Assembly (NCBI RefSeq): GCF_036365525.1
Contig: NC_090404.1
Span: forward strand, 13,110,550-13,174,549
Length of the DNA: 64,000 nt
Reading direction: 5' to 3'
Origin: Heterodontus francisci
Taxonomy: Eukaryota
Position 1 is the stretch's first letter; every line of letters starts with the position of its first letter. Positions 11,768 through 22,226 of the stretch are shown in pieces. The translations under genes were made by a program, and so were the position numbers. Under the pieces are notes generated by a model, which saw only the letters and a program-made list of their open reading frames with translations, searched no databases and had not been told where the DNA came from.

Positions 11768-13518
11768 TGTAAGAGTTCTGGGTCTTATTAACTGTAACAC
11801 TGTCAGTCTTTACCCAATTAATAATGATTTGTCCTTTTGAGAAAATGCAGGTAATAAGAGATAATCTGGTGCAATATCAGGAAACATTTATTAAGTAACA
11901 AAAGTAATACTTATCAAAAGTTAGGCAGCGACTTTACTGACTCAATGCAGGTCTTGCCTCCTGATTCAGCCTTGGGTGCAACTTGACACTTGATCTCCTC
12001 TGTCACTTCGGGTATGCAGTCTCCAAATTCACACTTTGCACCGTGAAGCTGCCGGCGAGTCTTCCCTTTCTGGTGCACTGCGCATGCTCATGATTAGTGG
12101 CGTTCCGGGCAGTGCATGATCAGCCTCCGATTGGTTCATGCAGACAATGATCAGCCTCCGATTGGTTCATGCAGACAATGATCAGCCTCTGAGTGGTTCA
12201 GGCAGTGCATGATCAGCCTCCGATTGGTTCAGGCAGTGCATGATCAGCTTCCGAGTGGGTCAGGCAGTGCATGATCAGCCTCTGACTGGTTCAGGCAGTG
12301 CATGATCAACCTCCGATTGGTTCAGGCAGTGCATGATGAGCCACTGATTGTTCTTTTTTCGAGTGGCAGTCACCTGCGGATGTCACTTCCTGAATGGTTC
12401 CCTCAGATGTCAGTCACGTGCGGAACAGTACCCCTTATTACAGCATTTTTAGTCCTTTTGTTGAATTTAATGGTTTTCTATGAAGATAATAGTGCCTCAT
12501 GAAATGCAGTACTCATCATTATAAAGTCTCCTTGTCCATTTAACTGAGATGAGAAAGCAGTATGGTGTAGGGTGCCAATCATTCTTTGAGGCGCATCGTC
12601 CTCAGTGTTAAATTAATGTATCAGTATCAATATCGCAGCTCCTATAGAATTCTCATTAAAACAGGGGCTTTATCATTGTTAAGGCTGAAAGGGCTGTATC
12701 ACTAGTGTGGGATGTTGAAGGGACCTGCCAGTGATTGGTACGAGTTAATTAAAAGTGAACAACATAACAAAATAAAACAATGACACATTACACAGCCTCA
12801 AGATGAATACAGAAATTACAAAACTACCTCATACATAAAATCTATACATATGTATGAAACCAGCATGTAAAGACAATCAGTGTGTAAAGATGACGTAGCA
12901 AGATACACTTACGAAATACAGCAGGATACACTCAATGAATACATAAGTAACAAGAGCAAAAGGAAAAAGACTACATAACTACAAAACTAATTACAGAACT
13001 TAATTCTTAAGCTTACAGAACCAAAGTAATACATAGGGCTATTCTATAATTCAAAAGAAAATGACTGCTTCTTTTTGAGGCATTGCTGCACAATTAACAA
13101 GTGAATGCCTTATGAAAAGAACTAACTAATTTAAAACACAGAACTCAAGGCTGAAGGCTCTGACAGTTGTTTTATATATCAGGTATAGATGATAAGTTTG
13201 AATGGTTAAGGAGTTTGTGTCCGGACACAGCTCCAGACACTGGACCATCCAATCTTGACTGTCTTCACAGCAATAACTCTGTGATTAAACCACAAACTGT
13301 AGTTTTACATGCAGGCCTCGGCCGTGTGGTATGTTTCACCTGTTAGATAAGAATTCAGCGACATCTTCACAGATAAAGATGCAGTCACATGGGAACAGTG
13401 TCCGACACAGATTATAATTAAGAATAATATATTAGGTTATTCGATTAATACAATTTGATTACTGATTATTACATATAACAGGACTACAAGCTAATTATTA
13501 AACAAGATTTTTACTACA
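11768..13518 (-). mobile_element. Solo-LTR-like element of about 1.75 kb (paralog at 58722-59854)
   Basis: Inverted termini tgta...taca. On the minus strand: an ETS-like caggaagtg, a CCAAT array, gcatgcgcag, then AATAAA near 11887-11892. Confidence 0.6.
12109..12352. repeat. 31-bp tandem repeat, about 7.8 copies, CCAAT-containing
   Basis: Unit gcagtgcatgatcagcctccgattggttcag starts at 12109, 12140, 12171, 12202, 12233, 12264, 12295 and 12326. Confidence 0.95.
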
Positions 13519-14335
13519 ATCTGAGTGGGACTGACCTCACTTGGCTCCACTCAGACCTATCCAATCATAGCCAAAGAATCTCTAGCAATAGCTTCTCTTC
13601 TCACCCTGTTACCTTTGGAGTTTCCCAAGGATCTATTGATGGCCCCTTCTATCCCTCATCTATCTGCTGCCCCCTTGGTGCCACCATCTGAAGACATGGC
13701 ATCAGGTTCCACACGTACACTGAAGACACCCATCTCTACCTCACCACCATCTCTCATGACCCCTCCAGTGCTTCTGTGTTGTCAGCCTACTTGTCTATTC
13801 CAATGGTCTCTGACTGACCTCCACCCTGCTTAAACTTGAGCTCATACAAACTCTGCTGCCTTTTACCCCAACCATCACAAAGTCCCACACATCCATCACT
13901 ACTGTGCTCACTGACCTACAATAGCTCCAGGTCCACCAATGCCTCCATTTTAAAATTCTCATCTTGGGTTCAAATCCCTTCAAGGCCTCACCCCTCCCTA
14001 TATCTGTAACCTCCTCCAGCCGTACAAGCCTCAACTCTGCATTCCTCCAACTCTCATCTCTTACACATCCCTCACTCTCTCTGTCCCATTGGCTGTGCAT
14101 TTAGTCATCGGTCCTAAGCTCTGGAATTCCCTCCTTATACCTCTCTGCCAGTCCACATCTCTCCTCCTTTAAGACTCTCCTAAAACCTACGTCTTTGACC
14201 AAGCTTTTAGTCAGCCCTCCTAATATCCTCTTCTTTAGCTCAGTGTTAATTTTTGTCTGATTTGTGAGTTTAAGCTTCTGAGATGCACCTTGGGACACTT
14301 TCCTACCTTAAAGTTGCAATGTAGATGACAGTTGT
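13519..14335 (+). mobile_element. Old L2 LINE 3' part (duplicated at 35640-36665 and 59855-60675)
   Basis: GVSQGS-like motif, LTDLQWLQVHQCLQFKIL-like motif and L2 tail; the three copies align. Confidence 0.75.
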
Positions 14336-14776
14336 TTTTAAAATCACATTATAACAGACTGGGGAAGCTGGTATTAAAATAATATCTGGGTACACGGAGT
14401 TAGGTTGCAGATCAGCCATGATCTCATTGAATGACAGAACAGGATTGAGGGGCTGAATGGCTGACTCCTGTTCCTATGTCCCGAAAAAACTTGGACTCAA
14501 ACACAGCTGATGAATAGTCATGGTAGAACTGGAGAGAAGGCAGTGCAACAGGAAACCAGCTCTTGAGCAGAGTTAGACAGCTGGGGGACGTCTGAAGAGA
14601 AATTTCATAGGAATTGGAGGAAGGCCATTCAGCCCTTTGAGTCTGCTGCACCTTCAATTAGATCCTGGTTGATCGATTAATTATCAACAGAATCAAACCT
14701 CAACTATCAGAATGAAGATGGTTCCATCCTGGATGTGATCAACAGCAACAATAACAGCAGAATCTAACCCCTGCAG

Positions 14777-15763
14777 TCACTTGTGAACTCGCTGATGTTT
14801 CAGCAGGTGGGATAACTGCGTGAATCCCTTCCCACACATGGAGCAGGTGAACGGCTTCTCCCCAGTGTGAACTCGATTGTGTGTCAGAAGGTTGGATGAG
14901 TGATTAAATCCCTTCCCACACACGGAGCAGGTGAACGGCCTCTCTCCAGTGTGAACTCGCTCGTGTGTCAGAAGGTTGGATGATCGATTAAATCCCTGCC
15001 CACAAATGGAGCAGGAGAACGGCCTCTCCCCTTTGTGAACGCACTGGTGTGTCATAAGGTTGGACGATTGATTAAATCCCTTCCCACACACGGAGCAGGT
15101 GAATGGCCTCTCTCCAGTGTGAATTTCCTGGTGTCTCAGTAGGCTGGACAATTGATTAAATCCCTTCCCACACATGGAGCAGATGAACGGTCTCTCCCCA
15201 GTGTGAACGCGCTGGTGTGTCAGCAGGTTGGATGAAGTCGTAAATCCCTTCTCACACACAGAGCAGGTGAACGGCCTTTCCCCGGTGTGAACTCTCTGGT
15301 GTGTCAGCAGGTGGGATGACTGAGTGAATCCCTTCCCACACTCAGAGCAGGTGAATGGCCTCTCCCCAGAGTGAGCTCGCTGGTGTGTCAGCAGGTGGGA
15401 TGACTGAGTGAAGCCCTTCCCACACTCGGAGCAGGTGAATGGCCTCTCCCCAGTGTGACAGTGCTGATGAGTTTCAAGCTTCAACAGACAACTGAATCCC
15501 TTCCCACAGTCCCCACATTTCCATGGTTTCTTTGTGGCACGGGTGCCCTTATGTCTCTCCAGGTTGGTTGATAAGTTGAAGCCTTGGCCACACACAGACC
15601 ACGTGCAAAGTTTCTCACCGCGGATCTTTGGTTTGAGTTTCCCGTCTGTAGGTCCTCCCCTTCTAATACCCTGTTTCTCCCCACTGTGAATGGTGCGATA
15701 TTTTTTCAGGCTGTGTAACTGGTAAAAGCTCTTTCGACAGTCAGTGCACTGGAACACTCTCAC
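14777..15763 (-). CDS. C2H2 ZNF C: open 328-codon frame with 9 intact fingers; start codon uncertain
   Basis: Nine CxxC-x12-HxxxH fingers with TGERPF linkers. No 5' ATG in this exon frame (ACA at the MEKPW position; upstream ATG frameshifted). May be a pseudogene or need splicing. Confidence 0.65.
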   Translation of the reverse strand: MRVFQCTDCRKSFYQLHSLKKYRTIHSGEKQGIRRGGPTDGKLKPKIRGEKLCTWSVCGQGFNLSTNLERHKGTRATKKPWKCGDCGKGFSCLLKLETHQHCHTGERPFTCSECGKGFTQSSHLLTHQRAHSGERPFTCSECGKGFTQSSHLLTHQRVHTGERPFTCSVCEKGFTTSSNLLTHQRVHTGERPFICSMCGKGFNQLSSLLRHQEIHTGERPFTCSVCGKGFNQSSNLMTHQCVHKGERPFSCSICGQGFNRSSNLLTHERVHTGERPFTCSVCGKGFNHSSNLLTHNRVHTGEKPFTCSMCGKGFTQLSHLLKHQRVHK

Positions 15764-16254
15764 TCGGGCGTGTGTGTCTCGGTGCTTTTCCAGTCACACT
15801 GATGTTAGAAATCCTTTCCCACAAACAGAACAATCATTTCTCCTTCCACGTTCAAAGGCCGATGATATTCAGGTCCTGATGAATCGAGTGACTCTGTCAG
15901 AGCTGGACGTGATCTTTGGTTTGACTTTCCTATGTGCAAATCCTCCCCTTCTAAACCCTAAAAAAAGGAGTTTACAAAATTCATCACAGTCAGTACAGGA
16001 TAGAAATTCAGAACAGACAATTCTAGTTTCTATGGAACATTTTTTCCTCTCTTGTTCTCCCAAAGCTGTAAATCCCCGTCCCACTCACTCTCCTTCCCCT
16101 CTGTGCTAAAATCCAAAAACATCACACCATTTCTTTCCTCCACTGACAGTTTTCTCCCTCCCTCTACTCCAACTGGGTTCAGTTCTCCAGCCCCTGTATG
16201 CAGAGTGAGAATCAAATTAATGAGTCAATGATTTTCTGTCTTGGTCACTGGGAC

Positions 16255-16580
16255 ACTAAAGCCCCGCCCACTCGGTGTCGTCACCAAGATGGCCGCGCAT
16301 GCGCTCTGCTCCCCGTTCAGCCAAGATGATGGCCATTAGCTGCCTGTTCCCAGGAAAAAGCCCCGGAGCAGCTAACGCGGGACCTGGAGGTTCTTATTCG
16401 GGACTTTAGACCTACACTAGGTGTTTCTGAAGTCTACCCGCCCAGCCGCCGGCTCCATTCCTCCCCTGCGCCTCGCTGACTCTCACCTGCTGCAAAAGCG
16501 TATCCAGCACTCGCACAGCTCTGATCAAAGTAACACTACGCATGCTCCAAATACTGTCCAGCACTGCGCCTGCGCCCTCT
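16255..16580 (-). promoter_or_regulatory. CpG-rich promoter and exon 1 of ZNF C
   Basis: GC box gccccgccca, YY1-like caagatggcc, NRF1 gcgcatgcgc. Donor cag|gtgaga after 16487. Paralogous to 38460, 51650 and 62400. Confidence 0.7.
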
Positions 16581-16669
16581 GGTATGAATTTCACAGAATG
16601 GTCACAGTACAGAAAATGACTGTAATAAATATTCTACAAAGACAGTCCTGAGTCTTTCAATGCCGTGAG

Positions 16670-16920
16670 CTATCTATCTATAATTCTACCATTTTAAGGT
16701 CGGTGTTAACTTACTTCAAGTAAACTGTTTAAGATAAATTGGTTAACGTCTGCATGAAAATATCAGATGGGGAAGTTCACAGGTTCCTGTTAACTGCTGG
16801 TACAATTATGCAACTGACATTTGATCTCCAGATAAAGAAAGACCTGCAGCGTGTTTCCACGAATTCTCTGTTTTATTGAAGTGAGTATTACACACCAGGA
16901 TAACTAAAAATACACAACCT
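16670..16920 (+). repeat. Distal part of the ZNF-associated 3' element
   Basis: Matches 56500-56740 and the reverse complement of 310-450 (ctgttaactgctgg...gacctgcagcgtgtttcca). Confidence 0.7.
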
Positions 16921-16954
16921 AGAATCACAGAATTGTTACAGCATGGAAGGAGGC

Positions 16955-17320
16955 CGAGGGGTGACTTAATTGAGGTGTTCAAAATTATGAGGGGCCTACA
17001 CAGAGTAGACAGGGAGGTCCTGTTTCCCTAGGTCAATTACCAGGAGGCACAGATTTAAGATGAATGGTAGAAGGATTAGAGGGGACATGAGGAAAGACTT
17101 TTTCACCCAGAGGTGGTGGGGTTTTGGAATTCACTGCCAGGAATGGTGGTGGAGGCAGAAACCGTCAACTCATTTAAAAGGTCCCTGGACATGCACCTGA
17201 AGTGCTGTAGCCTGCAAGGCTACGGACCAGGTACTGGAAGGTGGGATTAAATTTTTCGGCTGGCGCAAACACGATGGGCTGAATGACCTCCTTCTGTGCC
17301 GTAATTTTTCTATGGTTCTA
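16955..17320 (+). mobile_element. CR1 3' end
   Basis: RGDLIEVFKIMRG motif and tail gggctgaatgacctccttctgtgccgtaa...ctatggttctat. Confidence 0.8.
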
Positions 17321-17354
17321 TGGAGTCTATTCGACCCATTTTGTCTGCACTGGC

Positions 17355-17510
17355 TCTCTCACTGGTGTCTCAGCCATTGGGGTTAATTTCTTCCCACACA
17401 CACAATATTTAAACAGCCTCTCTCTGGTGGGGGAATACACTGATTATGCTTCAGCTGCTTAGAACTTTTAATGATCTTCCCACAGTCAGTGTTCAAAGGA
17501 ACTTTTCTGA
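17355..17510 (-). pseudogene. Very old ZNF finger remnant
   Basis: Reads TDCGKIIKSSKQLKHNQCI...VCVGRN...LRHQ. Confidence 0.45.
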
Positions 17511-17809
17511 TGTGGGAAACACCCAAGGCAGGTAGAACATGTGTTAGATACAGAGTAAATCTCCCTCTACACTGTCCCATCAAACACTCCCAGCCCATAA
17601 TAAGCAGGTTGGTTACGAGGCACTGCAATTATGTCATAAAACAGCTCCAATCAGCCCAGCTGGTCTTCTCCTCCCTTTAAAAGAGGAGAGCTGGGACATC
17701 CTGTCTCAAAACACATCCCACTCTGTTCATACTGAGATTCCCAGGGACATCCAGTCTCCTGTTTGCTTAAAAAGTTGCCAAAAAAGTAATAAGCCTTAGG
17801 ATTGGGAGC

Positions 17810-18878
17810 ATTTTACAATTCAGCTAGGGAGGACCAAGAAACTGACAAGGAAAATAGAATATGAAAGTAAACTAGCGAGAAACATAAAATGGACTGTAAA
17901 AGCTTCTGCAGGTATGTAAAAAAGGAAAAGATTAGCAAAGCCAAATGTGGGCCCACTACAGACAGTTAGTTGATTCATATCCTCCCATCTATGAAAGATG
18001 GTGGACTTACAGCAAATAATCCATTTAAGTGGGGTGTCTTCTCTTGTTTCACTTTTGTTGATGGCTGTGAAGGCCAATCCTTGAGGGGCAGGTTCTGCCA
18101 CAAGTGCTGCAGGTGAAGCAGCCAAGTGACGCTGTGAGTTGTTATAACTGAGTTTCTGTGTGAGTGACTAGCACAGCATCATCAGTGTAGAGGAGTTCTC
18201 TGATCAGGCAGAGACAGGAGAATTTATAACAGGCAATAAGGAACTGGCAGAGAAACTAAACAAATATTTTGTGTCTGTCTTCACAGAGGAAGATACAAAA
18301 AGCCTCCCAGGAATACTGGAGAACCAAAGGACTAGTGAGAATGAGGAGCTGAAAGAAATTGGTATTCATAAAAAAGTAGTACTGTAGAAATTACTGGGAC
18401 TGAAAGCTGATACATCCCCTGGACCTGATGATCTACATATACTGTTGAAAGAGGTGGCTGTAGAGATAGTGGATGCGTTGATGGTCATCTTCCAAAATTC
18501 AATAGATTTTGGAATGATTCCTGCAGATTGGAAGGTAGCAAATGTAACACCACTATTTAAAAAAGGAGGGGGAGAGAAAACAGGGAAACTACAGACCTGT
18601 TAGCCTGACGTCAGTAGTAGGGAAAATGCTAGAATCTATTGTAAAGGATGTGATAACTGGACACTGAGATAATAATGGTAGGATTGGGCAGAGTCAACAT
18701 GGATTTATGAATGGGAAATCATGTTTAACAAATCTGTTAGAGTTTTTTGAGGATGTAGCTAGCAGAATAGATAAGTGGGAACCAGTGGATGTGGTGCATT
18801 TGGATTTTCAGAAGGCTTTCAATAAGGTCCCACACAGGAAGTTAGTAAGCAGAATTTGTGCACATGGGATTGGGGGGG
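17810..18878 (+). mobile_element. CR1 ORF2 internal fragment
   Basis: NYRPVSLTSVVGK, QHGFMNGKSCLTNLLEFF and LDFQKAFNKVPH motifs. Confidence 0.85.
17966..18208 (-). mobile_element. Internally deleted RTE fragment nested in CR1
   Basis: LIRELLYTDDA joined directly to the C-terminal CSTCGRTCPSRIGLHSH. Confidence 0.65.
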
Positions 18879-18879
18879 G

Positions 18880-20960
18880 TACTCCAAATGATTTGGGATA
18901 TTACTGGTAAGTGTCCAGGACAAATCACGTAGAATGGCCCATTGAATCTGTGCTGGCTCTCTCTAAGAGCAACTCACATAGTCCCACTCCTACACCTTTT
19001 TCCCGTAGCTCTGCAAATTTTATCTGTCCAGGTAATTATCCAATTCACTTTTGAAGGCCTCAATTGAATCTGCCTCCACTACACTCTGAGGCAGAGCATT
19101 CCAGATCCTAACCACTTGCTGCGTAAAAAAATTTTCCTCACATTGCCATTGCTTCTTTTGCCAATCACCTTAAATCCGTGTCCTCTGGTTTGTATGCCTT
19201 CCACCAACAGGAATAGTTTCTCCCTCTCTGCTCTGCCAAGACTCTTCATGATTATGAACAATTTTACCAAATTTCCTCTCAACTTTCTCTTCTCTCAGGA
19301 GAACAGCCCCAGCTTCTCCACATAAACTGAATTCCCTCATCGCTGGAACTATTCTCGTAAATTCTTTTTGCATCCTCTGTAATGTCTTCACATCCTTCAT
19401 AAAATGTGGTGTCCAGAATTGGACACAATACTCCAGTTGGGGCCAAACCAGTGTTTCATAAAGGTTCACCATAACCTGCTTGTTTTTGTACTCTATTCCT
19501 CTATTTATAAAGCCCAGGATCCCCTATGCTTTAGTAATCACGTTCACACCTGCTACTCTCCCTTTTATTCTAAATTACTATTTGTAAGGTGAAGGTAGAT
19601 CAGGAACAGGAGTTAGTGAAGAGGGTGACGGTAATAACCAGGCAGACTTACTCACCAGGAAAGCTGCTGTGGAGAGGATTCAATGGGATCCACCCAAAGC
19701 ACAATCACTGGCACCGGTACGACAGACTCGTTATACCTGATTTAAAAACTTGTCAGGACACTGACCCTGATGTGACTATTGTCAAAGAGGCCGTACACCA
19801 CGGAAAAGACTTTCCTTCGTCTCTCACACCAAGTAAGGACTCACTCATCCTCCATGATGAGGTTTTGTATCACGATTGGCTCTAATTTGACTTGGGTCAC
19901 ACCTCTCTGCCTCAGGAAAGAATAATTTTTGTTTATGCATAAAATTGGGGGCATATTTCTGTTTCTTGAGTCCTTGATACGCTAAAAATTATTATTGGTG
20001 GCTGATGATGCACCAGGATGTCCATCACCACCTGAACCTGTACCTCATCCGTGCCCAAATGAATCCAGACCCACCAAAAGAAAGGTCCCAATGGTGAATG
20101 ACGGTCCTGGGAAGCATTGCAGATTGATTATACAGGCCCACTACCCACAGTAAAAGGAGTGCACGGGTATATCCTGGTAGTTTTGATATGTTTACCCAAT
20201 GGATTGAAGCTTTCCCAGCCTGTAAAAATGTTGCAGTAACTATAGCTAAAGTCTAATAGGAACAGATCTTTACCAGATGGGGTTTTCTGAAAAGAACAGA
20301 GAGTGATAATGGTTCTCATTTCACAGCAGAAGTAATACAACAGCTCTGTTGTCTTGTCAGTGTAGAACAACATTTCCACATGCTGACCACCCAGCGTCTA
20401 GTGGGATGGTCAAGCTCTTTAATCATTCCATAGAAACAGCACTGAAAAAGCTGTCATAAAGGAAGCTGATGATCTGGTCAAGGACAATGACTGGGTCACT
20501 GCCTTGCCTGGCGTCTTAAGGACCATTCGTGTCACTCCTGTTCACTCCCCCAGTCACAGCCCATTTCAGCTCATGACGGGTTGCCAAATGCAGATTGTGC
20601 CCCCCAGTGAGGTCCCATTCCCCATTGTTACTCTTCAGTCTCTCGGCCAGTTTCTCCAGAACCTCCAACAAACCTTAGCATCCTCACTGTTACATGCAGC
20701 AGAGAAGATGGGTTCTGCCCATCTCAACACCACCAGGAGTAATCACCCATCCATTACATTAACTGCTCAATGGGAGATGAAGTAATGTTAAAAACATTTT
20801 TAAAAGGGGTGGGACTGGGAAACCAATTGGGAAGGTCCATATGATCTTCTGGATAAATGGGTGAAAAAAGCCTTCAATTGAGTATTCAGAAACAAGGGAA
20901 GGAAGCAGAATATCTGTGCTACCCAGAGGATCAGTGTAAACTGTACACAATGAAAAGGTC
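18880..20960 (+). mobile_element. Decayed retrovirus-like pol fragment (RNase H end plus integrase), interrupted by a CR1
   Basis: KVK..S...GNNQADLLTRKAA; YWW..M.QDV zinc-binding region; WEALQIDYTGPLP, DMFTQWIEAFP, SDNGSHFT and HPASSGMV, with stops and frameshifts. Confidence 0.8.
18926..19570 (-). mobile_element. CR1 3' fragment inserted in the retroviral fragment
   Basis: LEYCVQFWTPH motif. The flanks rejoin (caggacaaat|tactattt) as in the uninterrupted copy at 44500-44555. Confidence 0.85.
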
Positions 20961-21499
20961 AGTTAATTCAATGGAGAATAAAAACTGTCTTTGATTTTAT
21001 CCAAACAGGATAAGATGTGGATGGTAATTGTGCTCCTGGACTGTATCTTGGCTGAAGTTCTGTTCCCGCCATACCATCCTGATTTGGAGATATATCGCAC
21101 TCACACTGCAGTGATTCAAGAAGAAAACCCATTATCACCTTTTCAAGGGGCAACTGGGGATTGGTGACATATGTAAGTCTTGCTAATGAAGCCCATATCC
21201 CAAGAAAGAATGGAAAAAATCGGTATATGTAAAATATATTAAAAGGCTCTACGTAAGTAACTCCTCCTAAAATAATACGCCTTGTTAAGCAACCTAATCT
21301 CCCTTAAAATGTCTCACATTGGCAATTGTTGGGCCCGACTGGGCTCAAAAGTATTCGGGTTTAAACCAACAACTTCCCCTCCATCTCCACTCCAACTCAA
21401 ACTGATGCAAAAAAACAACACCTGCACAGGAGGTCAGGGACTGGCTTCGGCATTCAACACCCACCCTGATACAAACTTAATTGGACCGTTCTCATTTGC

Positions 21500-21636
21500 C
21501 AGTTCTGATGAAGGGTCACTGATCTGAAACGTCAACTCTGCTTCTCTCTCCCCAGATGCTGCCAGACCTTTTGAGTATTTCCAGCATTTCTTGTTTTTAA
21601 TTCAGATTTCCAGCATCTGCAGTATTTTGCTTTTAT
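21500..21636 (+). mobile_element. Penelope-like terminal repeat fragment with a hammerhead-ribozyme-like core
   Basis: CTGATGA (21505-21511), stem gggtc/gatct, GAAAC-GTC (21526-21533), followed by cagatgctgccagacct...tttccagcatctgcag. Confidence 0.65.
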
Positions 21637-21697
21637 CTTAAACTGTGGAAACTGTGTTTCCAGACTCAGTTCTGTGAGCAATGCCTGCAATAAAACA

Positions 21698-21826
21698 AAA
21701 GCAAAATAGTGCAGATGCTGGAAATCTGAAATAGAAAGAGAAAATGCTGGGAATATGCAGCAGGTCAGACAGTATCTGTGGAGAGAGAAACAGAGTTAAC
21801 GTTTCAGGTCGCTGACCTTCCGTCAG
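21698..21826 (-). mobile_element. Second Penelope-like terminal fragment in inverted orientation, with a 15-bp TSD
   Basis: Reverse complement reads ctgacggaaggtcagcgacctgaaacgtta. gcctgcaataaaaca is duplicated at 21683-21697 and 21826-21840. Confidence 0.7.
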
Positions 21827-21854
21827 CCTGCAATAAAACACTTGCCGAGAGCCA

Positions 21855-22180
21855 CTGACTAATGGCGGCCGCAGTTCCCATAATGCCGTGCGCCCTAGAA
21901 AGTGCTCCAACGCTGATTTCACCATGTGCTGAGAGTGCGCATGTTCTCCAGGGCCAGGCGCGGGGCATTCTGGGCGGCTTCAGTCCTGTCCTTTATTGCG
22001 AGTGGGACTCAGTGGAAACTGGAAACGGGAAGCAGCGGGTAGGATGGGGGAAGACGCTGATTGATTGCCCTGGGAAGCTACAGGAAGAAGCTCAGAGGCC
22101 GGAGGGCCAAGGGAGCAGCGACCTCTGCAAGCAAGCGCGACCTTTGAGGGCTGCAACCTGAGGCTGCCAGTCAGGTGAGT
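21855..22180 (+). promoter_or_regulatory. CpG-rich promoter and non-coding exon 1 of a plus-strand ZNF (D and/or E)
   Basis: YY1-like aatggcggc; two opposed ZNF143/Staf-like sites (21875-21892 plus, 21959-21975 minus); donor cag|gtgagt at 22174/22175; paralog at 39110-39235. Confidence 0.65.
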
Positions 22181-22226
22181 CAGTGTGAACCCCTGGTAAA
22201 CTATTTATCATTTCAAAGTAAAATCA

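Noticed and set aside
12109-12352. CRISPR-like array
   Set aside because: Units are contiguous with no unique spacers, the context is eukaryotic, and there are no cas genes.
14777-16580. KRAB, SCAN or BTB effector exon
   Set aside because: No such motif was seen in any frame upstream of any ZNF in this window.
17510-17600. Monomer resembling an abundant shark tandem/SINE-associated repeat (gttagatacagagtaaatctccctctacactgtccc)
   Set aside because: A single short copy recognised only from memory; too weak to classify.
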